Shown here one piece after another: positions 19,102-28,471 of a DNA stretch of 64,000 nt. Under the pieces are notes generated by a model. That model was not told where the DNA came from. It worked only from the letters and a program-made list of their open reading frames with translations, and did not search any database. The position numbers and the translations under genes are program-made. The first letter of the stretch is position 1. The number at the start of each line of letters is the position of its first letter. The stretch is from a virus, in the UHGV virus genome UHGV-1384413; one strand, given 5' to 3'.

Positions 19102-21879
19102 ATGAGTATGTGGTCTTTCGATTTTGAGGCCTCTGGCCTGCTGGAAGATCCAGATCTTTATTATCACTGCGGTTTGTTTAAAGAGTTGAATAAGAACCGT
19201 TTTATGCTGTTCCTTCCTCTAAATGACCGCACACACTACTCTGAAGAGGATGTGGAGAAAGCTAAGAACTTCATTCTGGCAAAGAAGACCCTTTATACAG
19301 ATTTTGATGTTCGCATAGCAGATTTTTCAGAGTTGGAGGGTTGGCTTACAGGTAACTCAGACTGGTCACCTACAGCTTTGAACTGTCATAACTGCTACAG
19401 CTACGACTTTATGCTGATGGAGAGATTATCCGGTATTCATTTTGATATGTTCCGTGATCCTAAATGCATGGGAACTATCAACGACCACCAGGTTAATCTG
19501 TTTGATACGTTAGCGATGAGTCGAATCTTGTGGCCTGACCGCCCTTTGCCAAAAGGTTGTCCGGACGCAGTATTCAATCCAGTTACCAAGAAAATGCAGC
19601 CTGTTGGACCTCATGGTCTTATGGCATGGGGCTATGCCCTTGGTAACCAGAAAGTTCAAATCGATGACTGGCGTGAGCTTCCGCTGTGGAAGTATGTGGA
19701 TCGTGTGTTCGAGGACGTTATCATTCAGGAGTTGCTCTGGAAGGAGTTGGTAGCGGAATCAAAAGGTGTATTCTACGGCAAATCTGACATGCAGAACTTT
19801 ATGTACGATCCTGCCAAAGAGAAGCCGAAAGGCTTCAAGAAGATCACCTGGAAGAACGCATTACGCCGAGGCATGTTACAGCACTTCCTGATGGAGCTGC
19901 AGGCTCGACAGGGGGTGTATTTCGACATAGATGGGGCTATTGCTTTACGTGACCGTTGCGATGCGTGGATGAAAGAGATCGCTGATCGTGTTGAACCACA
20001 ACTTCCTTTAAAAGAGCTATCAATGTCTCAGCGGCCTAAGTTTCCTGAAAAGCCGTTTAACCAGGATGGGACAATCTCCAATAATGGTTGGAAATGGTTA
20101 AAAGACAAGCTTGGCTACCCTGTAGACATGAGTGCTTTAGAGTTCAAAGCTCCTCCTAAGCGAGCATTTACCTCCACAGGGGATGTAAGTAAGATGGGGA
20201 TAAAATGGTGTGAAGAGATGGGCTGTAAAGACCCCGATAAGATGGCTGATTTCTTAAGGGGGTATATCAAAGGAACTTCTACACCACACCCTTTACCTAA
20301 AGAGCTGATGGATCAGGCGATAAGTGACCTACAGCAGAAGCGAATGCCTGACTGCAAGATACCTATGAAAATCAGCAATCAGGACGACATCAAGCGATAC
20401 CTGATCAGTGCTGGTTGGCTCCCAACAATGTGGAGAACTAAGGATGTAACTAAGGACAGCAAGAAGAAAGCTTTACCTGATGCAGATGTTGATGCACGAG
20501 TATATGCATATATGGACGAGCTTTTGGAGTCAGAGTATTGTGACCTAATTATCAACTTCTGGAACAAAACTGATGCTAAGTTTCAGACAACTGTACATAA
20601 GTTCAGAAGCTTCCCTAACTCTGAAAGAATTAAAAAGGAAGTGTTCGGGAAAATACGTAGAAAAGCCAGAGCGCTTATTACTTCTCCGCAACTGAAAGAT
20701 ACGTTTGGACACCTATGTCCGAATCTTGAAAAATTGAACGGAGAGATGGCTAAAGATATCGTTTTGTGGTTATCATTGCGAAACCGCAGATCGGTCCTTG
20801 ATCCAATCAAGGAAGATAAGGTCGATACTGGTCTTCTTAATCATCCACGTTTGAAGATTGACCACAAGCTTCCTGCTAAAAGTTCTGGATTAACAAACAC
20901 TTCCAGACAGAAACATAGTATTTGTGCAAACATGCCTAAACCATCTCCTAAAGTGGTTATGGGTAAAGAGATGCGTAGTCTGTGGGGTGTTCCTCCGGGA
21001 TACTTTGAGATCGGTATTGACGGATCCAACTTAGAGCAACTCATCGGGGCCTGGGGTGCCTTTGAGTTTGACAACGGTCTGTATTATGATGTTGTAAGTA
21101 ACGGGGACGCGCACCAAAACAATGCTGAGGCATATACAAAAGTAGCAGGTAGAGAGGTGTCTCGTAACGATGGTAAACCTATCACGTATGGGGTTATGTA
21201 TGGGGCACAAAAAGATAAAGTTGCAGATATGCTGGATATCTCTCCAGAACTGGGGCAGAGAGTAATTGATGCTCTCTGGGATGCCAACCCAGGTCTTAAG
21301 GGGCGCAAAGAGGATCTGGAGAAATTCTGGGAAGCAACAGGTAAGAAATTTATCTACTCTTTTGACGGGCATGCCATTTGGACCCGCTCTAAACACTCTT
21401 TGCTTAATGCATATCAGCAAAATGGCGGTGCATCGTTGTGCGACTTGGTCGGAATCCTCATGCACCACCAAATGGTGAAGCGTGGATGGTATGATGAAGG
21501 TGTTCGTCGTATTATTTATTACCATGACGAATATCAGCTTCAAGTGCCTGACACCCCTAAGTATAAAACTGTATACACCTTCGACACAATTGAAGAGCTG
21601 GAAACATTTAAGGCCAAGCAGGAGGCTAAACTTCATGTGTTCGACGGTCATAAGTACAAAAAGGCACGCAAGGATGAGGATGGAAACGAAGTGGTTGACA
21701 AGGACGGAAATACGGTATATGATCCTATCTTGAATGATGACGGAAAGCTTGAACTTATCTGGAGCCCTGTGGGCGAAATGGTGGTGCATTGCTTCTGGCA
21801 GGCTTCTAAAATGATGGGCGTTCCGTTCCAGATCACAGGTGAATACTTGTGCGGTCGTAACTGGGGCGATTGTCACTAA
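19102..21879 (+). CDS. DNA polymerase, family A, with 3-prime-5-prime exonuclease domain
   Basis: 925 aa; Exo I-like FDFEASGL; motif B-like KPITYGVMYGAQ; motif C YYHDEYQLQV. Confidence 0.85.
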   Translation: MSMWSFDFEASGLLEDPDLYYHCGLFKELNKNRFMLFLPLNDRTHYSEEDVEKAKNFILAKKTLYTDFDVRIADFSELEGWLTGNSDWSPTALNCHNCYSYDFMLMERLSGIHFDMFRDPKCMGTINDHQVNLFDTLAMSRILWPDRPLPKGCPDAVFNPVTKKMQPVGPHGLMAWGYALGNQKVQIDDWRELPLWKYVDRVFEDVIIQELLWKELVAESKGVFYGKSDMQNFMYDPAKEKPKGFKKITWKNALRRGMLQHFLMELQARQGVYFDIDGAIALRDRCDAWMKEIADRVEPQLPLKELSMSQRPKFPEKPFNQDGTISNNGWKWLKDKLGYPVDMSALEFKAPPKRAFTSTGDVSKMGIKWCEEMGCKDPDKMADFLRGYIKGTSTPHPLPKELMDQAISDLQQKRMPDCKIPMKISNQDDIKRYLISAGWLPTMWRTKDVTKDSKKKALPDADVDARVYAYMDELLESEYCDLIINFWNKTDAKFQTTVHKFRSFPNSERIKKEVFGKIRRKARALITSPQLKDTFGHLCPNLEKLNGEMAKDIVLWLSLRNRRSVLDPIKEDKVDTGLLNHPRLKIDHKLPAKSSGLTNTSRQKHSICANMPKPSPKVVMGKEMRSLWGVPPGYFEIGIDGSNLEQLIGAWGAFEFDNGLYYDVVSNGDAHQNNAEAYTKVAGREVSRNDGKPITYGVMYGAQKDKVADMLDISPELGQRVIDALWDANPGLKGRKEDLEKFWEATGKKFIYSFDGHAIWTRSKHSLLNAYQQNGGASLCDLVGILMHHQMVKRGWYDEGVRRIIYYHDEYQLQVPDTPKYKTVYTFDTIEELETFKAKQEAKLHVFDGHKYKKARKDEDGNEVVDKDGNTVYDPILNDDGKLELIWSPVGEMVVHCFWQASKMMGVPFQITGEYLCGRNWGDCH

Positions 21880-21930
21880 TGTAAACTATCAACACACGGA
21901 AGTGTTGTTAGACAAAGAGAGGAGACTTTT

Positions 21931-22215
21931 ATGGTAGTAGAACCAACAAAAACATTTACCTCCATGACTATCCCTGTCATTATGCAGGTAGAGTGCGTTC
22001 AGGTGTCCCAAGTGTGGCCCGGTACTAAAATTCCAACAGGGCCTGATTTCTTTCAGGTCGGCAAAGTGTATAATGTCTGGAAGGCACCGGATTGTTACCC
22101 TTTCATTAAAGATGACCGTGGAATGTTATGGTATCTGGGGAATGATTTGACACTGCATCTTGGAAATGCTATTATTGCAGTGTTCCGGCTCAACAAGAAG
22201 GAGACAGATCAATGA
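21931..22215 (+). CDS. hypothetical protein, paralog 1 of 3
   Basis: 94 aa; shares GKVY..W....D..G..WY motif with next two genes. Confidence 0.5.
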   Translation: MVVEPTKTFTSMTIPVIMQVECVQVSQVWPGTKIPTGPDFFQVGKVYNVWKAPDCYPFIKDDRGMLWYLGNDLTLHLGNAIIAVFRLNKKETDQ

Positions 22216-22439
22216 CAACTTTGGTTAAAGCTACGTTTGTAGAAGAAAAGATGACAGACCTGTCATTCTTTGAAGAAGGTAAGGTCTACAAGGTTTATTA
22301 CGATAAGGATCGCAGGAACAATATGATCGAAGACGAGGACGGTATCTCCTGGTATATCTCCCATCTGGCAAATGGTGAGTATCATATCTATGGGACCACC
22401 CTACTTGCCAAGTTTGTAGTTGTTGAAGAGGATCTATGA
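22212..22439 (+). CDS. hypothetical protein, paralog 2 of 3
   Basis: 75 aa; EGKVYKVYYD...GISWY motif; 4-nt overlap with neighbours. Confidence 0.5.
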   Translation: MTTLVKATFVEEKMTDLSFFEEGKVYKVYYDKDRRNNMIEDEDGISWYISHLANGEYHIYGTTLLAKFVVVEEDL

Positions 22440-22630
22440 AAGTAAAGTATCTGGCTGAAGGTATGAGTAGGTATTTTACCCTTGGGGAAGAGTATTGGCC
22501 CTTCACGGAAAATGGAGATGTATACGTGAAGGATGACCAAGGTGTGCCGTGGTTTCTGCACCATAATGGGTTGGGATATTCCATCTACTGCGGTGCGGTG
22601 AACAACACAACCCTTGCAGAGTTTGTATAG
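22436..22630 (+). CDS. hypothetical protein, paralog 3 of 3
   Basis: 64 aa; GDVYVKDDQGVPWF motif. Confidence 0.5.
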   Translation: MKVKYLAEGMSRYFTLGEEYWPFTENGDVYVKDDQGVPWFLHHNGLGYSIYCGAVNNTTLAEFV

Positions 22631-22640
22631 AGGAGGTAGA

Positions 22641-23012
22641 ATGTTAGTAAAAGGTACCCACACAGTCAAGCAACGTATTGAAGTTGAGATTGATGACTGC
22701 GAGCTGAAGCATATTTTACAGTCATGCTCCAACGTTTTGCTCCTCAGTATTCTCCAGGAGCGAGCGGAGAACGAGTTCTTAAATGCACTGGCAGGCCGCC
22801 CCGGTGACTTCTGTGTGCGTAAGCGTGGTGACAACAAGTCATGGTTGTGGGAAATCGATGCCGACTGGGATTACCACAAAAATGAGGGTATAGATGAGCC
22901 TATTCGTGAATTGACAGACAAAGAGATTCAGATGTACAATGAAGTTTGTCATTGGGCAAAACGCCAACAAATTTACCTCGACCCTGTGTGGCTGATTGAA
23001 AATAGCCATTGA
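22641..23012 (+). CDS. hypothetical protein
   Basis: ATG at M10 of track ORF with AGGAGG RBS. Confidence 0.5.
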   Translation: MLVKGTHTVKQRIEVEIDDCELKHILQSCSNVLLLSILQERAENEFLNALAGRPGDFCVRKRGDNKSWLWEIDADWDYHKNEGIDEPIRELTDKEIQMYNEVCHWAKRQQIYLDPVWLIENSH

Positions 23013-23087
23013 CAAGAAGTAAGATTAGATATAAGATGCTTCACACAAACAGAGCGTTGATTTCAAATAATTAAGGAGACCTCCAAG

Positions 23088-23342
23088 ATGAAAATCACTT
23101 TGAAGCCAGAATGCGTTGCAAATGACCGAGCTTTTAAAGATTGCACAGTCGGTGCAATTTATGAAGCAGAGTTTTGTGAGAATCCCCTGGTAAAAGCCCT
23201 TCTGGAAGAAGGGGCCCCTTTATCACAAGAAGAGATTGATGAGCTGGAAAACTCAGCACAGTGCCTTACCTTTAAAGATGATGAAGGAGACTCTGTCTGG
23301 TGCACTGTTAATGAAGTAGTTTTTGTAAAACCTGAACATTAA
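23088..23342 (+). CDS. hypothetical protein (84 aa), paralog pair with 23406..23678
   Basis: AAGGAGA RBS; DCTVGAIY...DDEGD motif shared with next gene. Confidence 0.5.
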   Translation: MKITLKPECVANDRAFKDCTVGAIYEAEFCENPLVKALLEEGAPLSQEEIDELENSAQCLTFKDDEGDSVWCTVNEVVFVKPEH

Positions 23343-23345
23343 TAC

Positions 23346-23374
23346 TTGACAACAGTGATGGGGCCTAATATAAT
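23346..23374 (+). promoter_or_regulatory. sigma70-type promoter
   Basis: TTGACA, 17-bp spacer, TATAAT; approximate coordinates. Confidence 0.5.
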
Positions 23375-23405
23375 GGCCCTATCAAAACGAAAGGAGACCA
23401 CAGCA

Positions 23406-23678
23406 ATGACCAAACAATATCAACGAATTAAAGCCAAGGTTAAGCCAGACTATCTGGAGAAGGACTCTGCTTTTCGGGACTGCACAGCAGACAAAATTTA
23501 CACAGGGGCCGTCCTGCTAAACGATGAATTTGAAGTGGATGTGCTAGGTAAGGAGGCTACTATCAAGGATGACCAGGGAGATTATGTTTGCTGCACCACA
23601 CGTGAGCTAGAAATCTTAGAATACTTCGGTGAAATCTTCACCTCTCTTGATGATTACTTAGATGACGAGGCAGAGTGA
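23406..23678 (+). CDS. hypothetical protein, paralog of 23088..23342
   Basis: ATG at M21 of track ORF with AAGGAGA RBS; DCTADKIY...DDQGD motif. Confidence 0.5.
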   Translation: MTKQYQRIKAKVKPDYLEKDSAFRDCTADKIYTGAVLLNDEFEVDVLGKEATIKDDQGDYVCCTTRELEILEYFGEIFTSLDDYLDDEAE

Positions 23679-24079
23679 TGAAAAACATTTGGGATATTAA
23701 TATCTTTGAAGCCTCTGAGCTTGACGGTGCCGATGGGGTTATTATAGTTTCTGATGGAAAGGCAACACTGACCTCTGGACTGACCTATGAGGACACTACC
23801 TACGCACTGGGAGATCTTGCCTTGTTGAAATCAACAGGTGACTCTCTGGAAGAACGTCTGCAAGGATTTGCCTTTAAAGAAGGCACAAGCACCACACTGA
23901 TGTGCACTACACGCACTGTTCAGTTGGGCAACGGGGTCTATATGGTCATTGCAGTGTGCCCCAAATTTAGCAACATCAATAAAGATGATGCTGACGCTGT
24001 CAACGACGTGGTTGTCCTCTTCGTTGGTGACGCTATGGCAGATCTGATGAATGCAGGAGAAGCAGCAAATGAAGACTGA
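23678..24079 (+). CDS. hypothetical protein
   Basis: ATG overlapping upstream stop (TGATG). Confidence 0.5.
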   Translation: MKNIWDINIFEASELDGADGVIIVSDGKATLTSGLTYEDTTYALGDLALLKSTGDSLEERLQGFAFKEGTSTTLMCTTRTVQLGNGVYMVIAVCPKFSNINKDDADAVNDVVVLFVGDAMADLMNAGEAANED

Positions 24080-24371
24080 AAACATCAACCCAACAGGATT
24101 CTTGAAAGTATACCGTGAACTGCTGTATACTACAGAAGATAGTGTTCTAGAGTATCCAGAATATCTTTTGCTGTATAAGTATCTACAGGAAGCTGGTGAA
24201 AATCTACCAGTTAGTGCAGAAGGCGGTCCGAACTGGATATACAGCGCATGGAGAAAGGTTGACATTCTCCCAGATCCAGGAAAAGATATGGTAGTTTGGC
24301 AGCTTATCAACAACATCGGGATTCCAATCTTTGATGAGGCTGTTAAAATCTATTTTGAACTTGACGATTAA
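24069..24371 (+). CDS. hypothetical protein
   Basis: ATG at M7 of track ORF with AGGAGA RBS. Confidence 0.45.
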   Translation: MKTENINPTGFLKVYRELLYTTEDSVLEYPEYLLLYKYLQEAGENLPVSAEGGPNWIYSAWRKVDILPDPGKDMVVWQLINNIGIPIFDEAVKIYFELDD

Positions 24372-24388
24372 TATCAGGAGACCTTAAG

Positions 24389-24634
24389 ATGGCTGAAGTA
24401 GTTGCTCGCGCAGGACAGAAAGTACGTTGTGTTGAAGTTGGTTTCGGCGGCAAAGGTTGCCAGAACCTAACACAAGGTAAGGAATACGCTGTTATTTCTG
24501 GTGGTGGCGATAAGAGCATTGTGTTCGATGACCATATTCTGGATGTTGAAAACTTTGAAATAATTGACGATGATGGTGATCCGATCACCTGCCTGCTGAA
24601 CGGGAGTTGGGGTACTTTCGAAGTAATTGGCTAA
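24389..24634 (+). CDS. hypothetical protein (81 aa)
   Basis: ORF with AGGAGA RBS. Confidence 0.5.
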   Translation: MAEVVARAGQKVRCVEVGFGGKGCQNLTQGKEYAVISGGGDKSIVFDDHILDVENFEIIDDDGDPITCLLNGSWGTFEVIG

Positions 24635-24717
24635 CAAATACCTGTTGTAATTTGCAGAAGGAGATGCTAAAATGGTGTCTCCTTCTATGTTGTTCAAATA
24701 AAATCGGAGATTCCATA

Positions 24718-25083
24718 ATGGAACAAATGAACGATCAAGCGTCGGTTGCGATGAACGAGCAAGAACAACCTCAAGAATTTTTCTTAGGGTTAAGTAAAGA
24801 TCAAGTGTCTCTTCTGCTAGTGCTTTCTTCTTTCATGGGAAGACTTCAGGAGCTTACACAACAGCCAGAGGCTGAACAATTATTCCAGGCTCTGCGTGAA
24901 GAAGAAAAATATCGTCGTTTGGACTATGCCTTAGGTTGGGTAGCTCAACAACGAGATATGCTGATGGCCCTCTCTGGGACCACAAGTTTTGCAATGGGCC
25001 TGTTGGCTCAAGTTCAGGACAAATTAATTCAAGCAGGGTTTGCACACACGGCAAACACTAACGAAGAACAAGGAGATAAATAA
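24718..25083 (+). CDS. hypothetical protein
   Basis: ATG at M38 of track ORF with GGAGA RBS; upstream part of track ORF is Cys/Leu-rich and lacks an RBS. Confidence 0.45.
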   Translation: MEQMNDQASVAMNEQEQPQEFFLGLSKDQVSLLLVLSSFMGRLQELTQQPEAEQLFQALREEEKYRRLDYALGWVAQQRDMLMALSGTTSFAMGLLAQVQDKLIQAGFAHTANTNEEQGDK

Positions 25084-26309
25084 TGAGCGTTATTCAACAA
25101 TTCGCTAACCCGATGAATCCGCGTGAAACTGTTTTACTGGCTCACGGCATGATTAAACGTGTCAGCATCAAGCCTATCAAAGGTGCTGATCCTACAACAG
25201 GTATTAAAACCACTGTGTGGCAAGGTAAGAAAATTGAATCCAGCCACACCATCTCTTTACTGATTTCTGAACTGGATTCCTCTGATAACCTGCTTCAAGG
25301 TGGTGAAGAAGTTTGGATCAGTATGGGTGATAAGCTGCTTAAACCGGGTCATCAAGACTCTGTCTCTGTTAAAATTGATGACAAGTGGGAAACTGTAACG
25401 CCAGGATGGATCGTAAATATCCCTTTGAAGGCAAACGAGCATAACGGTAAGACCTATTACAAAGGCTCCCTGGCTAAGATGGTCAAGCTGGGTGCAGGAG
25501 AGGCTCCAGCAGCGACTCAGCAGCAAAAACAGCAACAAGGTGCACAATCACAAGGCCAGAAGCAGAAACCTCAGCAGAATGCCAATCAGGACGTTTTACG
25601 CATCTATGGCGATGTGACTCAGATTGTTGGCAACGTGGTTACTGTCAATGATCACAAGATTGGTGAAGGTGCTATGGTTGTCTCTGATGAGCAGCTTAAA
25701 GACCTGGTGGTAGGTGGTCGTGTTGCAGCTATTGTTGACAAAGACACCGGGAATATTATCAGCGGTTTTAAAGCCTACCCCCCAAAGGCAGAGAACAGCA
25801 CTCAAGGCTCTGGTGGTAAGCGTAAATCTTCTTATGATCCTATCGGTGTAGAAACAGGGCATAGCATCAATGCGTTGCAAATCATCCTGGATCGCGGGTT
25901 TAAGGTAGACAATCCTTTAGACGTGGCTAAAACACTACACGTTGTCACCATTGAGCTTAAGAAAGAGTACGCTCAAGCCACCAACCGAACTGAAGATGAA
26001 GTAGGTGCCAGTGTTGGTAATGCGGTATTGAACGCTTGTCGCCGTATTGACAAGAAAACGAAAGTTGACGATTTTGCAGTAGCAATTACTGCAGAAGCAA
26101 AAGATGTCTTGACTAATCTTGCTGAACCGTTGTATGATTGGATCAAGAACGGTGCTGGGGCCACTGACCATCAAGAACCTCAAGCTGCCAAACAGGAGGC
26201 CGCTCCACAGCAAAACACTGTAGACGCTCCTCCTGTAGATGATGGGGAAGACGACCCTATGGATCAGAATCCAGCACAGTACGCCTTTGATGATGACATT
26301 CCTTTTTAA
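25083..26309 (+). CDS. SSB-like protein with E. coli SSB-type C-terminal tip
   Basis: 408 aa; ends in DDDIPF, the E. coli SSB C-terminal tip as I recall it; Gln-rich linker; N-terminal domain not recognisably OB-fold by eye. Confidence 0.5.
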   Translation: MSVIQQFANPMNPRETVLLAHGMIKRVSIKPIKGADPTTGIKTTVWQGKKIESSHTISLLISELDSSDNLLQGGEEVWISMGDKLLKPGHQDSVSVKIDDKWETVTPGWIVNIPLKANEHNGKTYYKGSLAKMVKLGAGEAPAATQQQKQQQGAQSQGQKQKPQQNANQDVLRIYGDVTQIVGNVVTVNDHKIGEGAMVVSDEQLKDLVVGGRVAAIVDKDTGNIISGFKAYPPKAENSTQGSGGKRKSSYDPIGVETGHSINALQIILDRGFKVDNPLDVAKTLHVVTIELKKEYAQATNRTEDEVGASVGNAVLNACRRIDKKTKVDDFAVAITAEAKDVLTNLAEPLYDWIKNGAGATDHQEPQAAKQEAAPQQNTVDAPPVDDGEDDPMDQNPAQYAFDDDIPF

Positions 26310-26324
26310 CATCTAGTTAACATA

Positions 26325-26353
26325 GCCCTGCCCGAAAGGGTGGGGCATTTTTG
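26325..26353 (+). terminator. intrinsic terminator (copy 2 of duplicated hairpin)
   Basis: Same GCCCTGCCC-gaaa-GGGTGGGGC hairpin as near 16166, followed by T-run. Confidence 0.65.
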
Positions 26354-26371
26354 TATAAGGAGGCCTGAAAA

Positions 26372-26788
26372 ATGACATTAGAAGATATCATTGTTAAACC
26401 TGAGAACTATGACCAATACAATCTATCAACTCAATCTGTGGACCTTGGATGCGCCACTGTCAGTGCGTGGCTGGTTAACGGAAAAGAGCTGGATAAATGC
26501 TTAGAAGCTCACATAACTGTTAACAAGTTCCTTGATGAAAATACTCACTGGCTTGAGGGTGCAGGTGTATACGCTTCGTGGCTAGAGAGTATGGGATTTG
26601 ACTACCAATCTGAAGAGGGGTGGTGGAGCTATCTGGCTATCTGTCCGGAGACGTTGCAATGCTTCATGAAATATTCTGAGGATTTGGAGTACCGGGCGGT
26701 GGTTGACAGTGCTATTGCCCGTTATAGCCGCAAACCTTTTTCCCACGACATTAAAACTGTGGGAGAATTTGTTGAAGTTTTCTGTTGA
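26372..26788 (+). CDS. hypothetical protein (138 aa)
   Basis: ORF with AAGGAGG RBS. Confidence 0.5.
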   Translation: MTLEDIIVKPENYDQYNLSTQSVDLGCATVSAWLVNGKELDKCLEAHITVNKFLDENTHWLEGAGVYASWLESMGFDYQSEEGWWSYLAICPETLQCFMKYSEDLEYRAVVDSAIARYSRKPFSHDIKTVGEFVEVFC

Positions 26789-26884
26789 CACAGGTTGTAA
26801 GGTGTGCAATTATAACCTTGTTGAGCTGGAGGATGTGATGAACGAAGAAAACTGGGATGTGTAACTAACAGGAGGCCACTGCCC

Positions 26885-27082
26885 ATGATTTATCGAATCC
26901 GTGTGAGAGAAGATGCACCAGGTTGTTACTTTGACTGGCGTGGGTGGTGGTTTCTCCACCCAATGGATGGACTCACAGATAGAATGCTAGATGCTGCCCT
27001 TTACACAGATACTGACATAGAGTATAATCTTTACTTGAAGGATGGTATCGATAACGGCCTGTTTGAAGCAATTCCTGCGTAA
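26885..27082 (+). CDS. hypothetical protein (65 aa)
   Basis: ORF with AGGAGG RBS. Confidence 0.45.
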   Translation: MIYRIRVREDAPGCYFDWRGWWFLHPMDGLTDRMLDAALYTDTDIEYNLYLKDGIDNGLFEAIPA

Positions 27083-27147
27083 GAGAATGTGATCGCCATG
27101 TTTTATGATCTTCCTGTAGCACCACCTATTGATCCTGGAGAACTACG

Positions 27148-27573
27148 ATGATTTATGAAATGCCAAAACTGATTCGTGACGATGCACGAAACGCCCACAC
27201 CTTTATTATGGGCAAGCGCATGGATATTATTTGTCACAAAGACTTCTGGGAAGGGAGCTACTTCACAGAATATTTTGGAAAAATGGATGATGGCCTACTG
27301 ATCCAGTTTTACACCGATGCGGAAAACAACATTAGTTGGGAGTTCGAGACCGAAGATATCCATAAACTTTTCACCTTCCTAGACATTAAGGTTAAGGCCA
27401 AGTTTGAAGAAGGTGAGTGCGACGATTGTGGATTTTATGAGGTAACAGATTTCTATCTTCCGAGCGGTAAAAACCTTTACTATGAAAGCCACTTCGGTAA
27501 CTCCAATATGCCACAGTGCTGGACTGAGTTTTTTGAAATTGTGGAAGAGGAGCTGGAATATCGTGATTATTGA
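27148..27573 (+). CDS. hypothetical protein (141 aa)
   Basis: ORF with GGAG RBS; immediately upstream of macro-domain gene. Confidence 0.5.
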   Translation: MIYEMPKLIRDDARNAHTFIMGKRMDIICHKDFWEGSYFTEYFGKMDDGLLIQFYTDAENNISWEFETEDIHKLFTFLDIKVKAKFEEGECDDCGFYEVTDFYLPSGKNLYYESHFGNSNMPQCWTEFFEIVEEELEYRDY

Positions 27574-28021
27574 TACTGTGGAGGGAGATTTAATCTCCCT
27601 TTTTAAGAGCGGTGCTGGTCACCTGATCCACGGTTGTAACTGCTTCCACACAATGGGTAAGGGTGTAGCGAAACAGATTGCCCGTGAGTTCCCTCAAGCA
27701 TTGGAAGCTGATAAAATGACTATGCACGGTTGCCTAAGTAAACTGGGCGCGTTCTCCCGCTGGGAGCACTTATCTCCGAGAGGTATTGTCTACGGAATAA
27801 ATCTGTATACTCAGTTCTACCCAGGGCCTAATGCTGAATATTTCTCAATACTGAAAGGCTTTGAGCGAGTCAATGAAGTATTTGAGGGGTCGATTTTACC
27901 ATTCTACATCCCTAAGATCGGGTGCGGCATAGGTGGTTTGAAGTGGGAACATGTAGAGGACATTATTAACCTTGCCACTTTTGATATAGATATTATCGTG
28001 GTGGAGTACAAAGAGTGTTGA
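27563..28021 (+). CDS. macro-domain protein, TARG1/DarG-like
   Basis: GDLISLF...HLIHGCNCFHTMGKGVAKQI and IPKIGCGIGGLKWEHV collinear with TARG1/OARD1-type macro motifs as I recall them; start set at in-frame GTG (V28 of track ORF) overlapping upstream stop. Confidence 0.6.
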   Translation: MIIDTVEGDLISLFKSGAGHLIHGCNCFHTMGKGVAKQIAREFPQALEADKMTMHGCLSKLGAFSRWEHLSPRGIVYGINLYTQFYPGPNAEYFSILKGFERVNEVFEGSILPFYIPKIGCGIGGLKWEHVEDIINLATFDIDIIVVEYKEC

Positions 28022-28046
28022 CAGCTATATTTTAAGGTGGTATAGT
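28018..28046 (+). promoter_or_regulatory. sigma70-type promoter
   Basis: TTGACA, 17-bp spacer, TATAGT; approximate coordinates. Confidence 0.5.
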
Positions 28047-28075
28047 CACCACAACGATTAAGACAGAGGAGCACT

Positions 28076-28276
28076 ATGGAGACTAAAATCTTAATTCTAG
28101 CTGTGATAGATACAACAGAAGGAGCCATGTTTGAATCTGCAGGAGGGTATTTCTACCTGCCCTACGGAAAAAGAACTTCCGAGCCGAGTAAAGATTCAAT
28201 CCTCAAAGTGTTCCCGTGTGCTTTCTGGCTGGAGATCCTGGTAGAAGATTGCAGAGGATTGGGGAGAGAATTATGA
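28076..28276 (+). CDS. hypothetical protein (66 aa)
   Basis: ORF with GAGGAG RBS. Confidence 0.45.
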   Translation: METKILILAVIDTTEGAMFESAGGYFYLPYGKRTSEPSKDSILKVFPCAFWLEILVEDCRGLGREL

Positions 28277-28467
28277 GAAACAAGAAAGAGCTTTACTCTG
28301 GTGAGTGGATAAACGATCAACAGGTAGGAGAGGTAACCTGCTTCCGGTGCTTTACTCGGTACAATCTTAAAACTGCACCAAAAAGTGTTCCAAAGACTGA
28401 TGGTTATTACATAAAAGAACCTCATTGCCCAAAATGCAAATGCCGAGTATACTGGAGTAACCTGTAA
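28273..28467 (+). CDS. small zinc-ribbon protein
   Basis: ATG at M20 of track ORF with GGGAGAG RBS; CxxC...CxxC pairs (CFRC, CPKC). Confidence 0.45.
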   Translation: MRNKKELYSGEWINDQQVGEVTCFRCFTRYNLKTAPKSVPKTDGYYIKEPHCPKCKCRVYWSNL

Positions 28468-28471
28468 AAGG

